Source: Azolla caroliniana (lineage: Eukaryota; Plantae; Polypodiophyta). Taken from it: 64,000 bases of DNA. The position numbers and the translations under genes are program-made. Positions 51,510 to 64,000 of the stretch are shown piece after piece. The notes beneath the pieces are model-generated. The model was not told the DNA's origin and did not search any database. It worked only from the letters and a program-made list of their open reading frames with translations. Where the stretch lies: assembly GCA_043228905.1 (NCBI GenBank), contig JBHGNT010000001.1:35340001-35404000 (forward strand), read 5' to 3'. Every line of letters begins with the position of its first letter. Position 1 is the first letter of the stretch.

Positions 51510-54500
51510 ATGATGCAGCAGGCGCAGGTGGTGTGCGTGACTGGAGCCAGCGGCTTCCTCGCATCGTGCCTCGTCCAGCGCCTCTTGCGGCACGGTGGCT
51601 ACCATGTTCGTGGGTTGGTGCGCTCTCTTGGTAAGCTCACAAACTGCTCTCACAAAATGGAGATGCCTCATGTTTAATTGTTCCACTTATGCCAAGATTT
51701 CATCAGCCTAGTTAGTGCAGGAAAAGTGCTACTTGGCTTCCATGTGATGTCGCTTTGATAGCGCATAATGTATCTCTTATTTCTTGCATAATGTATCTCT
51801 TATTTCTTTATCAAGGTCTTAATTGCCGTTGTTTCTTCCTCTTGATTTTATTGTTGCAGCACTTGTGTCTGGAGTTGTCTTAATCTTGCATTCCCTACTT
51901 TACATTCATAATCGAATCATACATGATGAAGCGGACCTGTTAAATGTCTCCTCTTTATGCTAACACCCATTATATATACTGCATTATCGCACACTGCATT
52001 TTTGAATGATGGCCATGCGTTCTTAATATCATTTTGAAAGTGGTGACACATGAACCAATCTGATAATGTATCAGCGTACCTATTTTTATTTTCGTCGTAT
52101 ATGACCGATCTGAGATACACATTGGTATCCTTGATTGTGTAGGGGTGTGATTTAAATTTGGGGATCTATACCCGACTTCAAAATTTTGTGTTACATCTAA
52201 GGTATCGTGTTTGACTAGTACATAGTTATTAGTCAATGACACCTAGCCTTCATGCTTGCTATATGTCATATCCAATTGTTTGAGGTAGGGAAACTTTCTG
52301 TTCCATTGAGAGCAACAAGGTGCATAGAGTTCATCATGGCTGATCCTTTGCACTTGTACTGAAAATACATGAATGCCATTCAATTTGGGATCTATTTATA
52401 TGCAAGCATGTCTGCCATATGATTTAATGAGAGATTGGTGGTTTCTGCCTTGCATTCATGTCTCCAAGGACCAACAATTCCTCATCATTGGGGCATGTAT
52501 TAGATATCACCAAGACTTGAACAGCAAACTGGTTGATTGTATAACACATTATTTATCACTGCACGATGACCTATTCTCATTTTTCAGTATTTGACTTCAT
52601 TATGTGTTTGTATGCTCATCAACTCCGTCAGATGTATCCTTTTCCAATGACTTAACAATGTCAGTGAAGACCTGAGGAGTCTCTTGGATATTTATGTCTG
52701 TCCTGTCCTGCTCTGCCATCATGATCCACTTAGGCTTTTAGATATGTCCTGAAATGCATATAAATGTTAATGACAGTATCTAGTGCAGACATTGTAATCT
52801 CAGTTTACACTGTATTTGAATGTCCATCATTTTAAAGTGAGATATAGACCTTTTCTAAATATAAATTTAAATTCTTTGTTTCATTTATTTTATTTGTTGA
52901 AAACGGGTAGTAAGGTTTTTTTCTTCTTATCCTTGGATAGGGGACAAACAGAAAATAGGTCATTTGGAAAATTTAGATGGAGCTAAAGATAGACTGACCC
53001 TTGTGGAGGGAAATCTTTTAGATTATGAATCTTTATTTTCTGCATTTGATGGTTGCGATGGTGTGTTTCATACTGCTTGCCCTGTCCCAAGCCACACATC
53101 TACTAATCCAGAGGTAAACAACAACTTTCCAAAGCTGTTTATGCTTATGACAATGTAACAATTCAGCATGATTCTTACAATTAATCAGGTTGCATAAACT
53201 ATCTCTTTGGTCTGATGATGTCCTAAACTTGTTTCAGGTTGAGGTCCTTGATCCTGCCATAAATGGAACCTTGAATGTATTAAAAGCTTGCGTTACTGCA
53301 AAGATCAAGAGGGTCGTAATGACATCTTCCGTAGCAGCTGTGTCTGGTGATCCAAATAGACCTAAAGAAAAAGTAGTGGATGAATCTTGTTGGAGCAACG
53401 AAGATTTCCTTAGGGAGAACAAGGTAATACAATCAAGCTGTCTTATTTACTGACTTTAAAGATATGAGTTTTAAGTTAGTAAATTAAATTCATGGAAGCC
53501 AACTCTTTGCATGAGAAGGAGATGTCATATCTTGCAGGAAATTGTCTCTTGTTTGTTTTTTGCTATTTAAAGACCTCCCTTCTTGGCATCATGCATCTAG
53601 TTGATCAAGCATCTTATACTTCATGCTTTCATTCATACTGTGCATGAAATACTGTTACTCTCCTGAAACATATGTACACGCTTTCATTCATATAATTTTT
53701 TACTTTCCTGAAACATATACATGCTTTAAAAGTTTGGATTTTATCATTTTGTAGTTGGCCTCTTTCATCTCTCGCTCTTTCTCTCTCTCTCTCTCACACA
53801 CATGCTCATAGAAATACACTAATACTTTGGTCATATACAGGTAAATAAATATCATTCAGTGTGGATAAATTAGATTTGTACAGATAACATAAGGGCACAT
53901 AGAGCAAGAGTTACTTTATCTTGTTTCATTGGCTGAAATAATATTGTAAGGTAAGAACTCCAAAAGTTCCAGATGACCTATATCCATATTTTAATTTCCA
54001 ATGAATTGATTGGTAAGTGAAGAACGCAGCTGTATGTTTGTAAAAAAGTTTAATTAATATGACTCAAACAGAACATTACTAAAAAATCCACGTCAATAAA
54101 TTTTCGGAAGAATATGGACATGTAACACATCGATGCTAGTTAATTTTTAAACAGGCCAGCGTGATTGGTGTTTCTTTAGAAAAACTATTTAATGGTAAGT
54201 AGGGTCATATTATGGGTACTAGATCTCAGCCTATGTGAATAAAACAAACCAAGGAAGGACATTATAAAGTTGGTGCATCTTTTTCCCTCTCTATATCGAC
54301 TTTTTTTATCTGTTCTTATAGTATGGTTTGATTCATTGGGTTATGATTTCCATGGTGGATTTGATTGAATTAAAAAGTACAAGCTTATGGATCTCATCTG
54401 GACAACAAATTTTGGTGGCATTTCAGCACTGGTATATGCTTGGAAAAACTTTGGGAGAGCAAGCAGCATGGAAGTTCTCAAAGGAAAATAACCTGGACCT

Positions 54501-55205
54501 GGTTGTCATTTTACCATCGTTGATATTGGGTCCTCTATTGCAGTCAACAGTCAATTCAAGCTCACTTGTTATATTGAATCTGCTCAATGGTTGGTTGTCA
54601 TTGTTCATGCATTGATTAAATGGTGAAATATCTGTCATAATGCCATGTGACCTTATACTTTTCCTCTGAATCTATCTATCTATCTATCTATCTATATAAG
54701 ATTGGATCCTGCTTCTTATGTGATATTTACAGTCACTTGGCTGTGTGCGTGTTTTTCATTGGTGGTTGTGTATAGGTTCAAGTGACTGCTATGAGAATTG
54801 TATCTATGGGTTGGTGGATGTGAGGGATGTTGCAGAGGCACACATACTCACATATGAGACACCTGCATCGTCATCGCAGCGGTATTTGTGCTGTAACGCG
54901 GTATTGGACAAAAGTGCCATTGTCGGAATTCTGAGGAACCTTTATCCTGATCACTTGCTTCCACAAAGGTTTTATTTTCCAGAAGGGCTGGCATGTCAGC
55001 ATCAATATTATCAGTAATTCGATTATGGCTAACATGCAGAACTTATTGCAGGTGTATTCTGCCAGGGCCACAAGTGCTTGCCTTCGAAAAGTTTTCAACA
55101 AAGAAGCTGCAAGATCTTGGGTTTTGCTTCATTCCACTTGAACAAACCCTAAAAGACACAGTGGAAAGCTTAAAAAGTAAGGGACTTCTTCAATACGGAC
55201 TGTGA
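51510..55205 (+). CDS. Cinnamoyl-CoA reductase-like / DFR-superfamily NAD(P)-dependent reductase, 6 exons
   Basis: [15 protein letters not shown]; [11 protein letters not shown]; [14 protein letters not shown]; [11 protein letters not shown]; catalytic WYMLGK; [12 protein letters not shown]. Confidence 0.92.
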
Positions 55206-55333
55206 GATCACATTGTCAATAAAAACTGTTCTTTCATGCCCTTGGACATATGCCTTCGTTGATTAACTGTGAGATCACATTGTCAATAAAAACTGTTCTT
55301 TCATGCCCTTGGACATATGCCTTCGTTGATTAA
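55199..55333. repeat. Tandem duplication (~68 bp x2) spanning the CCR-like stop codon and AATAAA
   Basis: actgtgagatcacattgtcaataaaaactgttctttcatgcccttggacatatgccttcgttgatta occurs twice. Confidence 0.92.
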
Positions 55334-55558
55334 ACAGTATTTTTGTTCACACGCTCTATGCATGTGCCACGGTCATGAAGACTGTTTTTCATTTACTTTT
55401 AGGGTTCTAGATTGAGTGTACAAGGAAAACAAATGTAGCATTCCATACGTGGTCCAAAGGTTGAGTTGCCAAGGATTGAATGACTTCAATGTTATGTTCT
55501 AGCTAATAATACGTTTCTACGTTGTGTGTGCATGCTTATGTTTGTGTAGGTTTGGGTG

Positions 55559-55596
<38 letters not shown>

Positions 55597-55610
55597 CAGA
55601 GACAGAGAGC

Positions 55611-56045
55611 CTAGATGAGTGTAGCTCAGTTGGTAAGATAGCCCAATGGAGGCCAGAAGGTCATGGGTTCAAACCCTACATTCCGCAATGGCATCTAATA
55701 AATCAAGTGATATGTATGGCGTAATAAAAAGACGAGGAAGTTGGGTTTTGAGACCAAGACATAATGCTAGTAGTCTAACAACGTACCACGAGGGTAAGCT
55801 AATTACGAGTACAGAGAGCATGCCCACTTATTCTTCATGGTAAGATTTCCTAATGTAGACTGGAAGGTCATGGGTTCAACCGCTACATTCCACAAGTGGC
55901 ATCTAGTAAATCAAGAGATATGGAGTAATAGAAAGATGAGGAAATTGGGTTTCGAACCCAAGACATAGTGCTAGTAGTCTAACAACTTACCACTAGGGTA
56001 AGCAAATTATGAGAGAGAAGCGAGCATGCCCACTTAGTCTTCATG
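55611..56045 (+). mobile_element. tRNA-derived SINE-like repeat, two tandem copies (~55611-55839, ~55840-56045)
   Basis: A-box TAGCTCAGTTGG (55622) and B-box GGTTCAAACC (55666); the body is repeated in tandem, and a third partial copy lies at 59262-59355. Confidence 0.75.
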
Positions 56046-57576
56046 ATTTTCACAAATCACATTATATGCTCATATGAGAAGTGATATTTGTCTTCCTCAA
56101 TTCTTCATTGTATGCGTTGCATATATGTGTACTTGTTCTTTGATGTTATATGCTGACTCAATGCCTACTTTGCAAGTAAGATCACATATTTCATAGCATG
56201 ACTTGGGAGCACATTTTTATCACGTATGTTGAACCAAGCATATGAATGTTAGAGCACATTTCATAGCATGATCACATATTTTATAGCACATTTTTATTAT
56301 TTATGTTGAGCCAAGAAATTAAACCCTCATGTTTAGAATATGTTTTTGCACATTAAATTGGTTGTTGTTGAAGAAAATATTACTTAGAATATGCTTTGCC
56401 ATTTTTTGCCACTTAGACCCATTTTATTATTCGTAGTTTGGGGCCAAAACTTTGGGGGATTACTTTTCAGCACTTAAATGAGCTATAAGTTGATCATGTT
56501 CCTTTTTAGCTATATAATTTGTTAATATAAAATATCACGGGAAAGGAAGTTATGAGGTGGTGATATACAAGTGGGTGATGGTATGTAATCTCTATTTTCA
56601 ATATTATATAAGCATATATAAGAGTGTTGGTGGTTATTTGGATTGCACATTAATTACGTTTAAGATGACCTACAAGGAATGATTCCATCAATTACGTAAG
56701 ATGCATCACCACTTGACCAATCCAACCATATGAGGAGATGGGTGCTAGAATTTTTTTGCCACTAATTGGAGGAAATAGATCTCCAGGCTAAGGTATTTTC
56801 TAAGTGGGATGCTACAGGTCATCATATGTAACCCTTATTCTCCACAACCAAAGCTCAACTCTTCTTGCCCACAACCAAATAGGGACATCATAGTTGTAAG
56901 TTGTAAGTTGTAACTCTATGTAAGTGTAGAACTAACATGAAAATTTTGCTAGCGATAGGTGATGTTGGTTAATGTATATTATATAGTGGTCATCACCCTG
57001 ATAGTGAACCAAAAGATGAGACTTAGACGATGTTTCATGATGAAATATCTTCTTGCTAATCACTACGTCGTATGTAATTCTTTCTTCGAAGGATGGTGCT
57101 CTTAAGAGGATGATCTCGATGTTACTCTCTAGGTTGACATAGTGCATAGTAAGCATCACAACATGTTATTATTATTGAGGTATACAACAAAGACAACCCC
57201 TTATTACACATGCACACATGATGTGCCTTCAATGAGTATACATATCTCGGTATCCTAAGCTATTGGGGGGTTGGTTTGCAAGCCATCATGCCTTCAACCT
57301 CTCTCGTTTAAGCTCTCTTTTTCTTTCCTTAATAAATGATAGGGGTCTCCGAACACTTATCTCGTACACAACATGATGTGTGTGTGTTGAGATATATGCT
57401 TATGTGTTGATTGATCCACCTTCTTGATAAATGGTTATAAGATAATTGGAAAAATGTATACATACAATGCCCCAAAACATGTGCTGATAATGGCAAAAAA
57501 GTATACAAAAGTCCTCAAAAAAAAAAAAAAATTAAAAAAATCATATTATTGCATGCTCCTCAAGACCATTCATGAG

Positions 57577-58459
57577 CTAAGTAGTAATGACATGCAGCCA
57601 TTTGGACAAGTGATGAGCTGAAAAGAGGGCCGATCCGATGATACAAAAGGAGGAGAAGAAAGTAATTGTGACAGCGACCTCGACTTTGGAACAGAAGAGG
57701 CCAAGTCTCCAGGTGGAGCAAGCTGGAGGCCATATATTACGGAGGCCATGGCGAGACAATTGTGCAGCAGTAGCAGCCGATGTGCTTGCAGAGAACAATA
57801 GGAAGGATAATACCTAAACAATCATGGCACAGATTTGGGTAGCAAGCAAACATTCAATTGATGATGCCTTCCCATGTTGAAATAACTGTTACTGATTTAT
57901 ACATGAAAAAGAAGAGTTTCAAAAGCTCATACATACTTGATCTGAGGCATATACTAAGATTCCATGGTTGTAAGGCAACGTTGGAATCCCCTTACCGAGT
58001 AATCGAGCCAGTAAAACCAGTTGCCATAATGAATATATGAACGTCACCACATTCATAGCTACCAGGTAACTACAATGCATCATATATTTGGATGAGATCA
58101 GAATTTGTTACAAAAATTCTTGTATTCTAGATGCAGTGGAGTATCCGAATGAGAATATGAGAAAATAGCTCTAGATCCCTACCTCACTTATCAATAGTCC
58201 TTCAAGATTAACGCTAAGCATCGTTTTTTGTCTCTAAATCATGGAATGGTATTTACGATTTGAAGACAGCAAAATCTGATTAGTTTTGCATAACTTACTT
58301 GTAGGCTTGGAAGTCATTGAACTTCATTTTGAATGTGCTTCCTGCACCTTGACGAATCTCGACGGTCGTCGCCATGATTGAAATGCCTATCAGGGATAGA
58401 ATGCCCGCACTCAATCGTAAACTGAACTCGATGACCTTTAGATTCATTTGAATCCACAT
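57577..58459 (-). CDS. CASP-like (CASPL, MARVEL-type 4-TM) protein, 3 exons (58459-58299, 58069-57937, 57813-57577), ~176 aa
   Basis: Spliced product ...VIEFSLRLSAGILSLIGISIMATT...KFNDFQAYNYLVAMNVVTFIYSLWQL...SDQVLSFLLFSASTSAAT...FCSKVEVAVTITFFS has the TM1 Arg, the TM3 Asp (DQ) and the loop-2 FC; GT-AG introns in phase. Confidence 0.88.
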
Positions 58460-59261
58460 TCTATCAATAATAGTTATCGAATTTTCAAGCCATTTTTTTG
58501 ATCAAACTCGTCTTTCACAACCATGCAGACGATTTGATGCATTCTCACATGTAAACAAAAAAAAAAAAGATGCAAAATTGTGTTTCATTATGGTGGAAGA
58601 TTTCTTTACTTGTTTCTTCAAAACATTACATGAGAAGGGATCTATAGATTGCTTGCCTTTAACACAAATTGAAAACGTGAGGGAGTGAAAAGCAAGCTAG
58701 ATTTCCAAATGTATTATATAATGTACCCTTAAGCTATCTTTCGTTCACACTCATCCCCTCTAAAAAGTAGCGTATGCGGGCTGAAGAGCTTAAGTCATAC
58801 TCTTGGCAAATAGCTACTGTAAATGAATGTAAAAAGTAAAATTTAAACACCTCATTATAAATGGAAGGAAATTTTCGGAAAAACAGAACCTTTGTTTCTC
58901 TCCAAACTCCCAAAATATCCTTCCCACATGACATGTATGTATGTTTTTTTTCCCAAATTCTCCCTCTCGAAGCAAATTGCATGCATGAGTATTACACACT
59001 CCACTACAATGCTCCCCTCATCAATCATACTCGATGTTGATTTCCTCATGTTTTATCCCAACACACTTTTCTCTCTGACCCACGATTCGAAGGGTCAAAT
59101 TGCAACATTCATTAGTAAAATTCTTGAATGCTTCGGAGTCACTAATAAAACTAAACTCCATACACTACATGGGGGAAATATTTCATTTTGGTTCCATAGG
59201 TCATATTTGGCATTCAAGAATGATAACAAAATCCATTTCTCCATATATGTGTCCAAATACT

Positions 59262-59355
59262 AGGAGGTCATGGGTTCAACCCCCTTACATTCCACAATGC
59301 CACCTAGTAAATTAAGAGGATATAGAGGTGAGAAAGTTGGGTCTTGAACCCAAAG
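59262..59355 (+). mobile_element. Partial third copy of the tRNA-derived SINE-like repeat
   Basis: aggtcatgggttcaacc...tacattccacaatgccacctagtaaatt...ttgggtcttgaacccaa matches the copies at 55.6-56.0 kb. Confidence 0.7.
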
Positions 59356-59720
59356 GCTAGGGTGAGAACGAGATTACGATCAAATTGTGTTCCTTCTTCT
59401 CGAAGGAAGGAAGGTTGGTTGGTTGGTTGGTTTTTTACTAGGGTAGGGGTTTAGGGTTTCTCTATTTGTGGGTTCTCTTGGAAAGTCTTTCGAAGCCTCC
59501 ATAGATGGCACGATAATTATTCATAAGAGAGAGCAGACCCAAAGGAAAGGATGAAAGAAAGGCCGGGGGTTCGAATCCTGGAAATGCCAATAATTTCCAT
59601 TTGGGAAATAATAAGCAAGCAAAATCGCAGGAGGCTCTCTGGAGGATGCCATGCGTCGTCAGTGAGCTTTTTCTCATCACGTGATAGCTCAAGTCGGAGA
59701 AAGAGAAACAGAAGGTGGCT

Positions 59721-60845
59721 ATGGAGCAGCATCATCAGGAGCTGGACATGGACATGGACACGAAGAAGAAAGATCAGAAGCAAGGTAGAGGTCCGATGAA
59801 GGAGACAGTCACTTTTTCTTCTGCGCAGACACCGAGAGATGCCCTGGAAGTTTCCGATCTTCTCGATCCAAACCCCGACATCGTCGGCCTCTTCTGCTAC
59901 TACAACCGTATCTACTTCGATGATCAGCTTCACGCCTGTACTGTTTCTTGGAGCACAAGCAGAATGACCTTGTAACTTCTTTCTTCTCTTTCTCTTCCCC
60001 TTTTCATTGTGTCTGAAGCTATCCCCTTTTTTTTATTGATCTATTTAATCCACCCTACCTGCGCTCACATTCACCTCGTTCATTTTCCACATAGGTGTAG
60101 TGATTAGTAGATACTGATAATGTTCAGTGTTGGTCCCTTGGATAGCGAGTGAGTGCATAGAAGAAAAAAATGGAGTTTTATATTTTGAATTTTTACTCTC
60201 TAGAATAGCCAAGTTATTTTGTAATGGAATTGGCAGATGATTCCTGTAGAAGTAGCATTGAATGAGTGAGAAAAAAAGGAGTCTTGGGCGGTTGAATGCT
60301 TAGAAAAAAGGAGTAGAATGGAAAGATTAAACTAAGGATTCTTGGGCTGTCTTGGGAATTCTAATGTAGAGTAGAATATGTTCTGGGTTTATTATTTTCA
60401 TTATGGGAGTATCTTGACAATCTTTTCCTTACCTGCCAAAAGATTTGCTAGATATAGGGACTTATAAACCTCTGTGGTATACTACGAATGATAAAAAACG
60501 ATGTAAAAGTCTCCCTTAAAATTGTTTGCCCTTATAGTTTCTCAAGTCAAATGCAACCTAAAGGAGGAATTTCTTTTTCATACTCCATAGTTTCCACTTG
60601 TCATCTGGTTCATGTAAGCATCAAATTCTCGTACTAGAAGGATGTCGTTGGAAGTGCTGATCTTACAACATGATGTCAAATAAGGTGATTTTTCCTATGA
60701 AGCACATCATTAATATGCTGGTAAGCAAACCATCATATAGATTGCAATGTAGATGTTGTTGGGCCTGTTTGTATGTACTTTTCTCCACATATATCCTGCC
60801 GCTTGTACCACACAAACTACCTCTAATGAGAAATAACAGATTGCA

Positions 60846-60885
<40 letters not shown>

Positions 60886-63800
60886 GTACGTATGTGTATG
60901 TATATGTATATGGGCCTGTTTGTATGTCCTTTGGTCCACTTATGCTGTGACTCTCAGTATTTGTTTACCAGCCTTCTACAGCGCATGGTTAAGGAGAGTA
61001 AAATAATTCCCATTTGTGTTGTTGTACCCCTGGTAAATATCATGTCTTGAGCCTGTGTCAAGTCTTCTTCCGAGTTTATAATCAGGTTGATGCTGCCCTT
61101 GTATATAATCTTGTTAATGTTTCCATTGCCCTAGGTGAGGGGCTCATTGCCCATGTTATACCCTCAGTAAATAGGGTTACAATATGATATCGGCAACAAA
61201 CCTTCATGAATAGCTAGTGTTACAGGGAGGGTGAAGGATAAAACAGGATAATGATGCATTCCTGGTTAAATACAATCCACTTCATGGACGGTTAAGATTG
61301 TAATACCTTTTATGATGCTAATCCTAGTGGCTGCTGAATTCTGCAACCTAAAAGATACTTCGAAGTAAATTGATACTGTTGAATTCATGTTCGAATTTAA
61401 GGTAAATATCCTTTTTGTTCATTGGCAGGTGTGCAGGAATATGTAAATACTCTGACGGAAGCTGTTCAATTCGACTTTCAGAGCCACTGCTTAAGTTTAG
61501 ATCATCAAAGGAGTTAAAAGAGACTTTGCTGCATGAAATGATACATGCATACCTTTGGTTAACCAATAACAATAAAGATCATGAGTAATACACTACTTTT
61601 GAAACAACTGCTCTTATTTTATGAGAAGAATGCAGATTGAATATATTGAATTCTTCTACTGTAGTGATCATGGCCCTTGTTTTCAAGAAACAATGCAGGC
61701 TATCAACAGTAGTAAAGTCCACGATCTTCAGGTGTAAGTCTCAAGTTAAGCAAATCTACTTATGTTCTATGTTTGTCTTTAGAAGGAGAAAAATAAACCA
61801 ATCCTCATGACTGTTACGGATATCTATATGTAGAGACCTCCAGAAGGTTATCAAATCTCTATATATCATAATTTCCTTGAAGAGGTGAACAATTATCGAC
61901 GTCATCAATGGATGGTAACCTGAAACTCAGATTAACATGATTGATGTTGACTGTATAACTTCCTGGAAGATACAAGTAATTATGTTTGTTGGCAGTGTTC
62001 GTGTTGTGGGGATTTAATAAAAAGAGCTATGAATAGGACACCATCACAATCAGATTGCTATAAAAAAGTCGGACAAAGCAGTGGATGCGATCTAACACGT
62101 TGTCATTGGCACATGTAAGGGGAATGTATATCCATCATTCCATTTGTTCAGAACTTTTTCTTTCAATACTGAAAATATCCTGCAGCCTGATGAGTTGTGA
62201 CATATTAAACCATCTTTCTTTTGATTTGCAGACATCAATGGCAATGTGGAGGAGAATACAAGAAGATAGCAGAACCTGAGGGTTACCAGGATAAAAGGCG
62301 TAAAATTCCAACTTCTGGTAAATATTGTTGTTTAAACATTTATAGTGTAATTCAACACAAATTCTCAGTAATAGACTTTGGAAATCTATGTACAGAGAAT
62401 AGTGCAGATAATAAATCATCATTACAAGCAGGGAAAAAGAAGAAATCTATGGTGGGAAGTATGGGTGCTGAAAAGAATGCTTGCAAAAGAGAGGATGCAA
62501 TGGCTCTGGTCTGCAAAGATGGTTCACTTGAAAGATTTTTCTCTAGGAATAAAGAGGTCAATAAAAAAGAAAGCATGACTGTACAAGTAAAGGAAGAGTC
62601 TGACAATGATTTATGCTCTCTAAGTGAAGAAGAAATCATAGTAACCAGAGGAAAGAGAAAGGAATGCAAAGTTGATGACAGCGGTGATGATCCTCTTTCC
62701 ATAGGGATGGAAGAAAGTAAAAATGTAACATGGAAGAATCAACATAATGAAATGCTTGTTGATTCTGAGAATGATACAAAGCACATTGAATGCACTGTGT
62801 TTATAGGGTGGAAGTCTTGGTATGCTTTTGAAGGTGAAGAAGAAGAGAAAAACATGGAAGTTCTGGTTAATAAGAGAAGTGAAAGGAGTAGGCTTGAGAA
62901 AAGGTGCTCCCGAGGGCAGTACAATGAGGATAATGCAGAACTTCTTAGCCAGACCCTTCCTATACATGAGGAGAAGAACACAAGGAACAATCTCCGACTA
63001 ACTTCAATGGAAAATAATGTTGTGGTTTGTGAAGACGTAAGTGTTGTATTACCTGAAGAAACAATTGCATGTGGTTCTCAAAATAATCCTCATAGGACAG
63101 AGTGTGACAACGATGTAGGTTTTATTGAAGTCGAAACAAGTCATGAAGGGAAAAGACAGAAAACTGCTAAAAGTGAAATATATATTGAGGATATATCTGA
63201 CAGAGAGTTGCAAGTTGGCAATCATGTGAGTGCAGCTGAATCTGATCATGGAATCCGTTCAGGAAAGAGATTGGAAGATACAGTTAAGCACATAAAAAAG
63301 CTGAGGAGTCCAAGAAAAAACCGACATGTTATTGATACTGAAGGTGAACCATTGACTGTTTATGTTTTCTATATTCTTTGGAATCTTGTGTTTTACAATA
63401 TTTTCAGATATATCCATCTTGGAGATTTCATTCAGGGAAACTCAAGGATCCTAAATTTGTAGTTATAATTGGCACAGATACATAGGATGCCAAACGCTAG
63501 TATCTGTTTTGAGCTGTATATAGCACAGTGTCATAGTAAGCACCATATTGAGTAGTAGAAACTAATTAATCTAAAACAGCTATATGAGTCATAATAAGCA
63601 CCGTACCAGAGCTTTATGTTTTGAGCTACATGGGAGTCATAGTAAGCATTATATTGACTGATAGAAATTAATTATTCTAAAACAGCTATATGAGTCATAA
63701 TAAGCATCATATTGAATGATCATACTCAATTCTTTGGTTGGATATCTAGTAAATACATGAGCTGGATATGCACTTCCATAAAAAATGTATGATATCGAAA

Positions 63801-64000
63801 ATTCCTGTTCTTCCTGCATTGCAGTTTGTCTTGTTCATGTGACATTTTGTTATGTTTAGAATGATATAATGTATAGAGATACTTCACATATATCTGTTCA
63901 TCTTTAAAACATATCGGTTTATTTCAGGATCTACTGCATTTTGTCCGATTTGTCAGATAGTTCTGTCAGGGAATATTGAAGATAGAGAGTTCAATGTCAG
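59721..64000 (+). CDS. SPRTN: SprT-like metalloprotease (Spartan/DVC1-like DNA-protein crosslink protease), multi-exon, truncated by the window end
   Basis: DPNPDIVGLFCYYNRIYF...RMTLCAGIC...IRLSEPLLKFR...ETLLHEMIHAYL (HExxH)...HGPCF...CSCCGDLIKRAMNR...CGGEYKKI; last visible exon has a CPIC (UBZ-like) motif. Confidence 0.92.
63505..63720. repeat. Imperfect intronic tandem repeat (~110-bp period)
   Basis: gttttgagct...gtcatagtaagca...tctaaaacagctatatgagtcataataagca occurs twice. Confidence 0.7.

Noticed and set aside
51342-51686. Poly-Pro / poly-Arg ORFs
   Set aside because: Translations of a (GGA)n microsatellite just before the CCR-like start codon.
57570-57821. ORF MASVIYGLQLAPP... resembling a transit peptide
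   Set aside because: Alternative frame of CASPL exon 3.
59560-59592. B-box-like GGTTCGAATCC resembling a tRNA 3' half
   Set aside because: No A-box or D-arm upstream and the T-stem does not pair; not a tRNA gene.

Overview
AT-rich, intron-containing land-plant nuclear DNA. A fern is most likely, inferred from the style of the PLS-class PPR gene, the WOX13-type gene and the microsatellite-rich UTRs; the species cannot be fixed from sequence alone. I can support 11 protein-coding genes: DUF642-like cell-wall protein (-), WOX13-type homeobox (-), MBD10/11-like (+), TrmH/SpoU methyltransferase (-), MAP65 (+), PLS-PPR (+), Tim17/22/23-family (+), KORRIGAN-type GH9 (-), CCR-like reductase (+), a CASP-like gene almost missed by the ORF track (-), and a SprT/Spartan-like protease (+) that runs off the window end. 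There are also two near-identical tRNA-Ala genes (CGC and TGC) in opposite orientation bracketing the DUF642 gene, a decayed organelle-type trnN, a tRNA-derived repeat with two convergent Pol III-type modules, LINE and LTR relics, and many local tandem duplications. Best leads: a WOX13-type protein carrying a WOX8/9/11/12-type C-terminal domain, the double-headed tRNA-derived repeat, the tRNA-bracketed GC-rich DUF642 gene, a perfect 60-bp palindrome upstream of WOX, and a fossil E+/DYW tail behind the PPR stop codon. No clearly new multi-gene system is demonstrated. Exon coordinates were read by eye and may be a few bases off.
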